IMG/VR virus record: IMGVR_UViG_3300037478_000646
Span: 18,906 to 82,905 of that record
From: a virus
Lineage: Duplodnaviria > Caudoviricetes
Reading direction: 5' to 3' (one strand)
DNA length: 64,000 nt
Shown here: positions 16,651 to 28,300 of the stretch, piece by piece
Layout of the letters: the number at the start of each line of letters is the position of its first letter
How positions within the stretch are numbered: position 1 is the first letter of the stretch
Position numbers and translations under genes: made by a program
Notes under the pieces: model-generated
Told to the model about the DNA's origin: nothing
The model's database searches: none
The model's input: the letters and a program-made list of their open reading frames with translations, nothing else

Positions 16651-16992
16651 TCAGGGCCCATTGATCACTTCCCCAACTTCGCTCAGGGAGTACCCGGTTG
16701 CCAGCATGCCCGCCGCGAACAGAACTCTCAGCATGGACGGAGATACCAGGAACGCTATGAGGCCCGACATGGATGAAGCGCCCGGCGCCGACTTTCGATA
16801 GGTTTCCAGCGTTGCTTCTACTGCGTCCAGGCGCGACAATATCCCGTACCTGTAATGGCGCGTTTCCTGCTGATGCAGTTTCAGATTGGCGTCGAGGCTC
16901 GCCAGACCGGTCGCCGTATGCTTGTCGAGCTCGGCCAGCCGCGTTTCGATGCCCATTAATGCCCGGTATATCTGGTGCTCGGTAAGGACCAT
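16651..16992 (-). CDS. Holin-like or lysis-module membrane protein
   Basis: Coiled-coil N-terminus and hydrophobic C-terminal segment; last gene of the lysis module; a competing frame (16553-17029) exists. Confidence 0.4.
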   Translation of the reverse strand: MVLTEHQIYRALMGIETRLAELDKHTATGLASLDANLKLHQQETRHYRYGILSRLDAVEATLETYRKSAPGASSMSGLIAFLVSPSMLRVLFAAGMLATGYSLSEVGEVINGP

Positions 16993-17072
16993 ACGTGTGC
17001 CGCTCCACAGAAGAATCGCTAACAGCCATGAAATTCAACCCCTCCAATTTTCATACTTGCGCAGTTCCCGTC

Positions 17073-17089
17073 TATTCGCTAAACGAATT
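17073..17089. promoter_or_regulatory. Operator copy TATTCG-CTAAA-CGAATT overlapping a minus-strand TATAAT (17092-17087)
   Basis: Matches the 3544 operator; intergenic. Confidence 0.7.
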
Positions 17090-17198
17090 ATAGAAGGGCC
17101 GACTGATCGGTGCTCATCGACTCACCCGAAGCTTCTTGCCGGTGAGTATGGTTTTCATTTTTCGCATAACGGGGACCACCCTTCACTGATTTTCCGGA

Positions 17199-17573
17199 TC
17201 AAGATCCGACCAGCACCACGAACGTCATCCAGCCCGATATGATCGCCGTGATAAGGCTTGCCGACAGGAGTAGCCACGCGCCGGCGCCGACAGCGATCAA
17301 CGCCGGCGATGCGACAGCGACGGCGATCGTCAGCAGATGCATCGCCCCCTGCAGGCCATCAGCACGCGCTCGCTGGGCATTGCGGATCTTGCGCATGCCA
17401 GTGATGACGTTGCTCTGCCCCTTGATTTCCATGACCGCCACGCGCAGGTCAGCACGGTTGGCGGACGCCTTCAGATCACGCTCGACATCGGATCCGATCG
17501 ACAGCGCCGCCGCGAGGAATCCGATATAGATGGCAATGAAGAGCTTGAGCCTGTCTCTCATGATGTCCGGCAC
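17199..17573 (-). CDS. Membrane protein (2-3 TM), possible holin
   Basis: Hydrophobic N- and C-terminal segments; follows the spanins. Confidence 0.55.
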   Translation of the reverse strand: MPDIMRDRLKLFIAIYIGFLAAALSIGSDVERDLKASANRADLRVAVMEIKGQSNVITGMRKIRNAQRARADGLQGAMHLLTIAVAVASPALIAVGAGAWLLLSASLITAIISGWMTFVVLVGS

Positions 17574-17809
17574 CGTTCATAAGCCGAGATCGCCCGGCTC
17601 AGCGCTTTGTTCTTCTGATGCCCTTGCACGATCAGCCGGCCGGCGACTTCCGGCCCAGTCCGCCCCTTGACGATGGGCGCGCGGCTGGCTTCAGCGACGA
17701 TATCGCGCGGCATTTCCGGGCATTTGAGTGACGTCTCAATGCTGGCCGGCGAGCTGCCGCAGCCGGCCAAGCTCGGCATCAGACAGCACACAAGAAGAAT
17801 TTTCCACAT
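17558..17809 (-). CDS. o-spanin (Rz1-like lipoprotein)
   Basis: MWKILLVCCLMPSLAGC lipobox from ATG 17809; overlaps the 3' end of the i-spanin. Confidence 0.75.
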   Translation of the reverse strand: MWKILLVCCLMPSLAGCGSSPASIETSLKCPEMPRDIVAEASRAPIVKGRTGPEVAGRLIVQGHQKNKALSRAISAYERCRTS

Positions 17810-18050
17810 TGATGTAGCTTTCAAGTGTTTCGTTGAGCCGATCGATTTCCGCCCGATCGGCATCGGACTGTGCGGCATCGGCACGGATGATCTCATCCTT
17901 GACTTTCGCCGCCTGCCGCAGGGCATCGACCTCAGCCCGGTAAGGAGCCGCTGCATCATAGCGGATCCACCCCACGGCAATGATGCCGGCAAGGATCAGG
18001 AAAAGGTATTTTCCAATCCCGCCCGTTATGAATGACCAGATTGCAATCAT
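17736..18050 (-). CDS. i-spanin (Rz-like)
   Basis: N-terminal TM, coiled coil, C-terminal Cys (SSCVLSDAELGRLRQ); downstream of the endolysin. Confidence 0.75.
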   Translation of the reverse strand: MIAIWSFITGGIGKYLFLILAGIIAVGWIRYDAAAPYRAEVDALRQAAKVKDEIIRADAAQSDADRAEIDRLNETLESYINVENSSCVLSDAELGRLRQLAGQH

Positions 18051-19258
18051 CGGCTCGCATTCGCTCCCGTCTGATGATCATCGAGACGCGCGGACTGAAC
18101 GCTCTTGAACTGGCGATAGAGCAGATAGGCGACGAGAATGACGATCAGATACCAATGCTGCTGGAAAAAGCTCAGCGCATCCGTGAAGCCCATGGTGAGC
18201 GTCTTCAGCGTAGTGATCTCCTTCAGCAGATCGCCGGCGCCCGTGAGCGCGTCTACGCCCTGGCTGACGGCGTAGATCACCGTGCTGGCGCCGACAGTCG
18301 CAATGGTCTTGACGCCCTTGTCTGCCGCCGTGACGATGCGAGAGCCCTGTTCGCGCAGATCATCAAGCGTTTCATCCGCACGTTCGCCGGCCGGCATCGG
18401 CGCAGCTGCTTCCGCGTTCAACGCCGCCCGCGTGACAGGGCCGATGATGCCATCTGTCTGGAGACCATTTTCAGCCTGAAACGCCAGCACGGCCGCGCGC
18501 GTGCGCGATCCGAAGATGCCGTCGGAGCGGCCGGCCTGATAGCCGAGCGCCTTGAGCCGGTCCTGAAAGATCCGCACCAGTTCGCCGCGATCGCCGACAC
18601 GCAGATAATCGTCGACCGTTCGGCCGCTGACACCGATCACATCACATGCGCGCGAATACCAGTTCTGACGGCTTGCCCAGCCGATCGGATCCAGCTTCGA
18701 GAACGCATTGCCGCGATTGATGCCGTTGCAGACCGCCTTGAACCCGGATTCGCCGCGGTCGCAATAATCGACGAACTGCGAAAATTCCCAGCATGCGGCC
18801 TTCAGCGAAATATCGGCATTCTCGATCAGGATCGGATTGTTGCCGAGATCGACACCGATCGCTTCGCCCGCCTTCCGATAATTGTACTTGCCGGTAAGCT
18901 GGATCATGCCGCCGCCGCGATAGTCCCAGCCATCATCATCGCTGGTGCCGTCGTCTTCATTGCCGAGACGATGGCCATAGGCGGCATTGGCGGATTTGCG
19001 GGCATTGCCGACGTTCGGCCGGATTCGTGCGGCCAGGCTCTTGGAGAAGATCTTCAGGTTGCTGTCCGACCAGCGCGTGTTTTCGCGCACGATCGTCAGA
19101 CCGCCTGTCTCATGGCAGATCGTACCCAGAAACGCAGCCATGCGCAGCGGCGTATTGATGCCGGCCGCGTCCAGGACCGGTTTGCCGTTTACGAGGGCGT
19201 CAATATAATCGGACCGCGCATGAGGGCACAGCCGACGAACGATGTCTTCGGTTAGCAT
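18047..19258 (-). CDS. Endolysin: GH19 catalytic domain, peptidoglycan-binding domain, C-terminal TM helices
   Basis: FLGTICHETGG and YRGGGMIQLTGKYNY (GH19); LRVGDRGELV..FQDRLKALGY...DGIFG..T..AV.AFQ (PG_binding_1); start 19258 behind GGGG. Confidence 0.9.
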   Translation of the reverse strand: MLTEDIVRRLCPHARSDYIDALVNGKPVLDAAGINTPLRMAAFLGTICHETGGLTIVRENTRWSDSNLKIFSKSLAARIRPNVGNARKSANAAYGHRLGNEDDGTSDDDGWDYRGGGMIQLTGKYNYRKAGEAIGVDLGNNPILIENADISLKAACWEFSQFVDYCDRGESGFKAVCNGINRGNAFSKLDPIGWASRQNWYSRACDVIGVSGRTVDDYLRVGDRGELVRIFQDRLKALGYQAGRSDGIFGSRTRAAVLAFQAENGLQTDGIIGPVTRAALNAEAAAPMPAGERADETLDDLREQGSRIVTAADKGVKTIATVGASTVIYAVSQGVDALTGAGDLLKEITTLKTLTMGFTDALSFFQQHWYLIVILVAYLLYRQFKSVQSARLDDHQTGANASR

Positions 19259-19277
19259 GAATTCCCCTTTCGAGCAT

Positions 19278-19301
19278 AAAAAAACCGCCTCGCAGGCGGT
19301 T
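19278..19301 (-). terminator. Rho-independent terminator after the giant virion gene
   Basis: Minus strand AACCGCCT-GCG-AGGCGGTT followed by a T-run. Confidence 0.75.
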
Positions 19302-19324
19302 GACAAATTCAGATTGTCGGCAGG

Positions 19325-22300
19325 CTATAGAAGTTCAGGCACGTACAAATCGCTGAGCTCGGCATTCTCGCCGTCCTCAAGCAGGCGGCGCTTGATCTCC
19401 GGCCAGTCCCGGCGCACGTCTTCATAGCTCGGCAGCTTGGCCTTGCGCATTCGCTCCATGAACATTTCGTGGATGACCGGCACGGCTGCTTCCAGCTCAT
19501 CGAGAACCGGCTGTGTTTCGAGCGGCTTCTTCTGCGCCCAGCCTTCGACCTGTGCGGCGATCAGCGCGTTGCGCGCCTCGCGCATCTGGATGTTGGCCAG
19601 GATTTCCATCGCGGTGCGGCGCTCGCGCGGCCGGACCGTAATGCGCTCGTCATCCTCATCTTCGAGCCGGTTCAGATTAAGCGTCTTGCGCAGCTCGTTG
19701 GCGATCGAGACGACTTCCTCGGCGCGGATCAGCGGATGCAGATCGCGGTATTTGGCGTTGCGCCGTCCAGTCTGCGTTGCATGCAGGATGGCATAAGCCT
19801 TCTGATCATCGTCCAGCGATTTCAGATACTCGGACGCGGCCAGCGGATCGCGCGCCTTGTTAATATAGTATTTGTACCCGTTCGCCGCCGTCGCGAACTT
19901 GCCGGTGTTGCGCCCGATCAGTTCCCAGAAGTGACCGACCGATTGCGCACCGCGCGGCGCTTCCAGGCTGAACCGGCGTCCGATGATCGCATCGAAGACA
20001 TCTTTCGTTGCCGTGCCGGGATCGATGTAATTGCCGGTCAGCGCGTCCGTGCCTTGCAGGAAAGCCCGCCCGTAGGACGCCCCGAATCCGGTGATGAAAT
20101 GATCGATATGAGCCGGCGAGACATTGATCTGCCGGCCGAGCATTTTCCCGAATTCGGAGGCATAGGCGTTGAACTGCAGATGCGGCGGCAGCGCGCGCAG
20201 ATGATCCGCCACGATCTGGCGTTCGGTGAACGAGTCGTAATTGAACGCCAGTTCGATCGGCACTTTGATGCCCGGCACGTCAGTTGGCGGCAGGACGATA
20301 TGTTGCAATCCGTCAACGAACCGCTCCATTGCAAGCGGATCATCCTTCAACGTATATTCGAGCGTGCGTTCCATAAGATTCGAGAAGAACGCCAGTTCGA
20401 ACGGCTTAGGAATGCGATACCATTCGCCATCGACCTTGAAGATCCAGTGCGTCGCGCGCATGTAGCTCGAAAATTCTTCATATTCCTCATCATCCTGATG
20501 CAACACCCAGATCGCCGCACCGATCAGGCCAACTGCAGCCACCTTGGCCCAGACCTTTGCCGCCAGCGGCAACTGGCGCCGCTCAGCAATGCTGAGCGGC
20601 TGGCCTCTCCGGCTCTTGATATAGGGCGAGATCGCATCGCGGATGATCCTGTCGTTGTTCACCTTACCGCGTAGGCCGCGAATGCCGCGGTCAAGCCCTT
20701 GCAGCGCGGCGTTGAAGAACGGAATGATCCGGCGCATGGCCAGCATCTTCGAACCGTGACGGCCGAAATCGATATAGTCCCGCGCCGCATAAGCTGCCTC
20801 GATCGCCGCTTCGTGCTTTGACAGACCGTCCCTTTGCGCGCGGTCATAGGCTTTCCTGAAAACGCCCAGGCGCGTGCCGGTTTCCGTGAATTCTGTTATG
20901 CGCAGGATGTTGGTGACCGGCGCATCGCGGAAATAGATGCCGCGGCGCTTGCGCAGATCGAGCACTTCCTGCTTGATGCGGGCATTGTGCAGCGTGGCCG
21001 TGTTGGCCCCGCCCATGATGCCGCCGACGCTCGAATAGATCCGGCCGATATCGCTGGCAGTCTTGTCATCATAGATACCGCGAATGCCGGACACGAACGG
21101 CGTGAACTCATCAGCAAGTATCCAGGCCGAAACCTGATCACGGATAAAGTTGGCAAAGATGAAATCCGGCGAGGCCGTGATCGCCGTGCGCAGGATCGTA
21201 GCCGGCAGTGCCAGCATCGAGACATACCACGGCGTTATTTCCTGCCCGAGCGCCAGGATCGCATTCAGCATGTCCTTGCCGAACTGCTGATCCGCCAGCC
21301 GGATCGGAACGCGCTTGCCATCTTCCCACAGATAGACGATTGCCTCGCCCTTCTCGGAAACTTCGCCCGCGCGCCAGATCGTCGTGATCGCATCTTCGCC
21401 GATCAGCCCGTCAACCGCCTGCACCATGATCTGCAGATCGGCCGGGTCCACGCCGGCTTCCTTCGCCGCCAGTTGCAGCGCTTCCTGCACATTGACGCGC
21501 GTGCCCTGCATTTCATGGGACGGAATCCGCTCGGCGAATGAGCCGCCATCCGGGCCGGCCGCCGTCGCCAGCGCATCGAGCGCCTTGATCGCATCGTTGC
21601 GCGCGATGATCATGGATGTGTCGTATGTGTCCTGCACGATGGATTCGAGCGGACTGATCACATCGCGCTGCGAGCCGCGGAACCGGCGCAATATGCCCTG
21701 CTTGTCTGGCCGGGCCGGAACGCCGCTGTGAACCTGGCCGAGATCGGCGCGGTCGCGCAGCACCGGCACGTAATCCGGCCGCCCGAGCAGCGTGTCGTAA
21801 ATTTCCTGACTGATCAGCCCGGCCGCGAGCTTCTTGGCCAGCATGTTGTTCTGGAACTCGTACAGCATCTGCGCGGCCTGCTGGAACCCGGGATAGGCGC
21901 GTTCAAGCTCGGCGATATTCTGGAGATGCTCGGACTTCTTCACCTTGTCCGGCAGGGCGTCCAGCTCGCCATTAAAATACCGGTCCCATTCGCGCACGAA
22001 GCGGCGCGAGGCCAGATAGCTGTCGAACCGGTCCTTGGCCTCGCTCTGCCATTGCGACCGGCTCTCGCCGCCGAACGCCGTCACCAGCGCTTCATGGAAG
22101 GACGGCCCGGCCGGATCGAGTTCGTGATAGGGCCGCACGCCATGCTGCAGATCCATGTGGCCGGACGCATAGCCGTCGCGCGCGAGGCGCATCAGCTTGT
22201 ACGGATCATTGACGGCCTTGATCGTCAGCCGGGCATCGTTCGGCAGATTGAGGTTCTTGCGCGCAACGGCCAGTAGGCCCTCGACCGTCTGCTTGATCGG

Positions 22301-25300
22301 ATGCAGATCGTCGATGGTCCATGTGTAGAGCCGTTCCACAAAGGCGTCGATCGTGTTCCAGACCTGATTGTCTTCGATGATGCGCCGGAACTTGGCCATC
22401 TGCCCGCCCGCCCGCGAAACGATATTGCTGACGATGACGCCCGCCGACGGAGCGGCAAGCCACTGCTGATAACCGGTCCGGATTTCGGTCAGCGTCTTCA
22501 TCGTGCGCGGATCGTTCTGGCGCAGGAAAGCTTCGAACGCCTGCTCGAACCGTAGCGCCGTGCGCGTGCTTGCCGCCGGATTGGTGACATAGCGGCGGAA
22601 CCATTCCGCAAAGCCCTCAGAGAGCGCGTCAGGGCCGGGAGAGGCCAGCGGCGTCAGCTCCGCAGCGTGCTGCTGCTTGATGGCGTCCAGCGCGCCCTTG
22701 TGCCGCCCTTCAAGCGCATGCCCGCCCTCATGGGCCAGCGTGTCGAGCTCGTTCAGGACGCGCAGCCGGATAACGCCGGAGACGGTGTTGTAATGCCCGC
22801 CAAGCCGCCGCCCGGCTGCCGCGGCCTGACGCTTCAGCGCCGAGCTTAACCGGCCCTGTCTGACCGTCAGGCCGAGACCGAGATTGAAGCGGCGCACCAT
22901 CGTTGCGAGACTTTGGCCGGGCCGGTCAAGGCCGGGCTGCGCCACGCGCGCCGGGCTGTCCGCCATCCGGCCCGCCGTTTCCAGCATCGGCTTGGTGACG
23001 TTCTCGATTTCTTCGACCAGCGCGCCGAACGGTCCGTCCCGGTCGCCGATCCTGCCGCTTGCCAGATCGGCGAAGACATCCTCGGCCGCGGCCCAGCCGC
23101 GCTGCATCAGCGCATTGCGGATGCGCTCATAGAACAGCCGGATGCGCTCGAACAGGCGCTCGACGATCGTGCCGGGCTGCTGCTGTTCGCCGCGCATGTA
23201 GCGCTGGAACGCCATGGCGATGGCTTCCTCGATGATGTTCTCATCGGTGGCGGGCTTGCCGTACACGCGCTGATAGTCGCGGATCTCCGGCACGTCGAGC
23301 CAGCCCTGCGTTCTTGCCGCCGCCTTCAGCACATTCCACTCACCGGGCGTGAACAGGCCCATCGTGCGCAGCGCGTGCAGCGATTCATGATACGCTGTAC
23401 CGATCGGGTCGAGCGCATTGCGAGCGATGACCATCAGGAGCTTTTCGCGGTCGAAATAGCCCTCGATGATAGGCTGGCGCTCATTCGGATCACGGCGGAT
23501 CGTCAGCGGCTGGCCTTCGAGCAGCGAAGTGCGCATGGCGTCGGTGATGCGGAGGAAGGAATTGACTTCAAATGCTCCAGCATGCTTTTCGCGTTGAGCT
23601 TCAGCAACCATTTCGGCATGAAGACGATCTTGCTCATTCCGAAGACCTTCAAGACGCGTCATTGCATCATCAAAGCCAGCCTCGCGTCGAGCCATCGGGC
23701 GAAGTTCCAATTCTTGCAGAGGTTCCATTTCGGCAAGCAAAGTATTCCACCGATCCAATAGTTCTTGGCTTGGTGTAGCTGGCCTCACCTGATCCTGTGA
23801 ACGCTCCATAAGACGCACTTCTTCTACCCTCCCTCCCCATTTCTTCGTATATTTTTTCAGGAAGCTACCGATCTTCTGATCGTACTGGACGGAGAGAGCT
23901 TCGGCATCGCCGCCGACGGCCTTGGCAATCTGATCGCTCCGCGCCCATGATACGGCGTCATAGCCGTTTTCAGAGGCGTAGAGCAGAGCGCGCTTTAGAG
24001 CCAGTTCGAGCCACAGGTCGCCTTTGAAGGGGGCGTCGGGCATCGGTAGCAGACGAGTTTGGATCAGGTTATCACGAACCATCGTCCGACTCATGCCCCT
24101 TTCCAAGGTCGTAGCGGCGGCTTCAAGCGCTGGACGAGCGGCGATCACGTCTGCATCAGATGCATTCGTCTCTATGTGGTCGCGAATGCGCGCTGCAATA
24201 TCTGTCGGAAGTTTAGCGCCTTCATCGGACTGGTCATAGATTTTCGTTGCGATTTCTACTACATTCTGACCTGATTTGGCATAGCCTTCTCTTCGCCCGC
24301 GCTGATGCCCGGTCGCCTGGATTTCATTGATAAAGAAAATCCGCTCGCCATTCGGGCCGATCCTGTCATCAGCCCTGAAATGCACGAGCACCGGCCCGCC
24401 GAAATGTGGCTCGCTGTATTCCCAGCCGGGCAGGAGGATTTTAAATTCGCGGTAGTTGGTTCCGCCGGGGACTTTGTAGCCGGAGAATTTCGTCGACATT
24501 TCGTCGGCACCGGATCGCTTCGCATATGCGCCAGCAGCGAAATGTTCAGCCTGCGATAGGCTTTGCGCCGAATTAACTAAATTCCAATCACCATCATAAA
24601 CATCAAAGAAGGTAAAATCATCGCCAAGACCGTCTGGTGTCACGCCCTCAACAATATGATAGGTGTCTTCGGGAAAGCTGGCTTCCCATGCTCGCCCTGT
24701 CGGTATTGAAATTCCATCCGGAAGATTGCTTTCGATGCCGCTAATATCGCTGAGTTCGCGCATAGCCGGTGGCTGCGCAGACGCTTCGCCACCAAGAACC
24801 TTCTCATCCAGCACCACCTGATGCGCTCTCATGAACGCCAGCACTTCATTTTTCGTGAACCGGTCAAGCTGGATCTGATCCGATGCGAACCCGGCCTCGA
24901 TGGCCACGGTCACATAATCGTTCTCATCGGCAAAATCGTAATCCTGCTCGACCTGTGCAACCGTGCTCAGGCTTTCATCAGCCAGATAAGTCTTGGCGGC
25001 GACGATCACGCGGTCTTCATAGGTTGGCTCTGTCAGCCATTCCCGCAGCCCCATCCAGTCCAGCTCGTCCTTGCGCACGCCGGGAGCCTTGGAGATCATC
25101 GACCAGAATTGCTCGCCTGTGCCGCGCTCCTGCTTCAGCTGCTCGGCAGCGCGGATGGCTGGTGAATAGAAGCCGCGCAGGGAAAGCATCTGATTGATAG
25201 CACCCTGCCGTTCCTCGGCAGATACAGGCTCGCCGTTCTTTTTCGTGATCTTGACGAGGCTGTCGTCGAAAATTACGATGTTACGAGTGCCGTCTCCGGT

Positions 25301-28300
25301 GTCGCGTGAGCCTTGATCAAGGTAGCGTATGCCACTTATTCCTTGACTTTTCAGTAGTTTTGATACATCTTCTCTATTATCAAGATGACCCAGAAGTTCT
25401 CCGACATGGTCGAACTCACTTGCCCTCAATGCGGCACTAAGTTTTTCAGACACGCGTTCTATGTTGCTTTGCACACTCGCATGTTCTGCAGCGGCATCTG
25501 CTATGGCAACTATCGCCGAAGCGGATCTTTCGATGCGAAGGGGTACAGAGTCACTTCCATCGACGGCAAAAAGGTCAAGGAACACAGACTCATCATGGAG
25601 GCTGCCCTCGGGCGCAAGCTTCTTCCCAGCGAGAATGTCCACCACATCAACGGGAATAAGACCGACAACAGACTGTCTAATCTCAGGCTCATTGAGCACA
25701 GAGCGCATAGCCTTGACCATAATCCGACGCGATGGAGTATCGAGACCGCCGTATCCCTCCTTGCGGAAGGCTGGTCGCAACGCAAGGTCGCCAAGCGTCT
25801 CGGCGTCAGTCGCCAGTGCATGGTCCAATCTTTGAGAAGACGCGGCTTTTTGTAAAGCAGCCTTCACCTTCTCGCTCTGCTTCGATAGCGGCAAATCCCA
25901 ATCCAGCAACTGCTCTGGCTCAACGTCGATCTCGACTTCGTAGAGAGCGCCCTGTGTGCCGACATCGAATATCCCATCATCGATTGCGTCGATAATCCGG
26001 TACGCATCGTTTATATCGGAATAGGGATTGTCAGCGCCTTGCTCGGCATATTGCGCCAGCCCTTGACGGGCGGCTTTCAGATCCGAGAGATTGCGGCCAA
26101 CAATTTGCGTGATCGCATGATTTCTCGGCTGGAACGGATACCCGTTGATCGTCATCGTCTGCGCAGAAAGGTTGTCGCGATACGTCCCCGCAACCATCTC
26201 ATTCTCGGCAAAGTACAATCCGTGCCCGAATGCCTGCGCACCTTCGCCGGTCCCGATCCGGTCCATTGAGAACCGATCAAAATCATGCGGCGAGCCGTGA
26301 AAGCCGCGGATCGAGAGCATTGTCGGCACGCTGAAAAACCCGCGGCGGCGCGGCGACAGCGTTTCCATGAACGATGGCCCGCCGCCCGTATCAGGCAGCT
26401 CGATCCATTTATTGCGGCGGAAGAAGTCCGCAAACCGCTCCGTCTGGACGTTCTCGACATACAGCGCTTCCAGACCATCGGCGATGGCGATGTCCCGTGA
26501 TGCTTCCAGCATTCTCCGGAACGCCCCGCGCCCGGTCTGCTCGACCTCGACAGATGCAATATCCAGCGTGTTGAGCATCACATTGCTATGCGGCGAGGGA
26601 TGCACGGCGCGGCGCACATAGACGCGGAACCCTTCGCCGTTGATCCAGGCGTTGCGACGGCCGCTTTTCAGGAAGTCCGTCAGCTGTGTCTGCCAGTCGG
26701 CAAGCCCCTGCGGCGTCAGCGAAAGCTGTTCGCCGTTGATGCCGAGCCCGCCGAATATGGCGTCCTGAATGGACTTGTACCGCACATAGGATTCCGCCAG
26801 CACGGTTTCCTCATACAGCGCCGGATCGGCGTTGCGGATAGCCTGGAACGTCTGTTCGTCAAATGGGCGGACATCGTTCTGCAAATAGGCAACGCCATGT
26901 GATTCCATGTCGGATGCTATCCAGTCGGCCGTGTCGGCTTCGATCTTGCCGTCTTCGCCCAGGCGCAGGATCAGGCCCTGCATGCGCTCGATCAGCCGAA
27001 GCACGTCATCCATGGTGTAGGTCTTGCCGTCATAGGCGTCGATCAGCTTTTCCGGATCGAGCCGGACCGCATCATAGCCGGGCTTTGCGGCAACTTCCGG
27101 GTGCTGCTCGATGATGCCGTCGAGCAGTTTGATGACCGTCTCCGTTGCATCGGCCATCCTGACATAGCCGCGCGCCTGGCCTTCCAGATTACGCGGGCTG
27201 TCCGGTGCGCGGCGACGTAGATCAAGATGGGCTTCGGCTGCCTCGCGGAACTCCATGACCTTGGGAACCAGCGCGGACCGCAGAGCTTCTGCGCCATATT
27301 CCTGAATTTTCTTGATGATGTCGGTTTCGGTGTATTCGAGCGACACATGCACATTGCTGCGATGTCCGGGAATATCAGAAATGCTCACGCCAAGGTAGCG
27401 CGTAACCGGCATGCTGCCCAAAGTTTGCACAGTCATGTCTGGCCAGTCTTTCATGCCGGCGCGCACGGCGCTGCGGATCACATCAAGATGCTTCGGCCGC
27501 AGTCCGACAACCTGCCGCGGGTCCCATTGCTGCGACCGGTCGATATCCTCCATTTCCGGCGGATAGGACTGCCGCCGAGCTTCGGGCGACAGGGTGCGCC
27601 ATTTCTCGGCCAGCCGCGCCTCGGCTTCCCCGGCGATGCGCTCGTAAGCGTCCCGCTCAGTGTTCGTGACCGCAAATCCGGAGATGCCCTTGTCGATGAA
27701 GTTTTTCTGCTCGGTCAGGGCGTCACGGATCTTTTCCAGTTCGCCAACGATGTTACTGCCCGGCCTGGCATTGGCGATCTGGTGATTGATCTCGAACAGC
27801 GCCGCTTCGAGCCGGACCGTGTAAATTGCCTCGTTGCCGCCCGGCGCGAACCCTTCATAGTCCTGAATGAAATGCTGGATCTCGTGAACAAGCGTGTCGA
27901 ACAGCGCATTGATGTCATCGGTGGCATTGACCTTGATGCCCATCCGCGAAGCCGACCCGCTCGGGCCGCCGAACTCGGCCTGCTGGATGCTGACCGGCAG
28001 ATTTTCCATGAACGGATAGGCGGCAAAGAGTTGCGGCGCGCGCAGCAGCTCGCCCAGCGTGCCGTTGAACGAGTAATAGGATTCGGTCCCCTCGCCGAAC
28101 ACGGCGCGCACGGTCCTGTAGCGCAGCCCGTTCTTGCGGTTGCGGAGCAGGCCCTTCATGCGCTGCAATTCGGCTTCGCTCAGATTGGTTCTGCCGCCCT
28201 CGGCAAAGAATTCCTCCATGGCCGCGACCCGGCGCTCCGGATCGCCCCGGCCCTCCATCATGAAACGATGGAACAGGAACCCGAATTCCGTCTCGCTGCC

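Noticed and set aside
16553-17047. 164-aa minus-strand ORF overlapping 16651-16992
   Set aside because: Less protein-like than the overlapping frame; cannot be resolved from sequence alone
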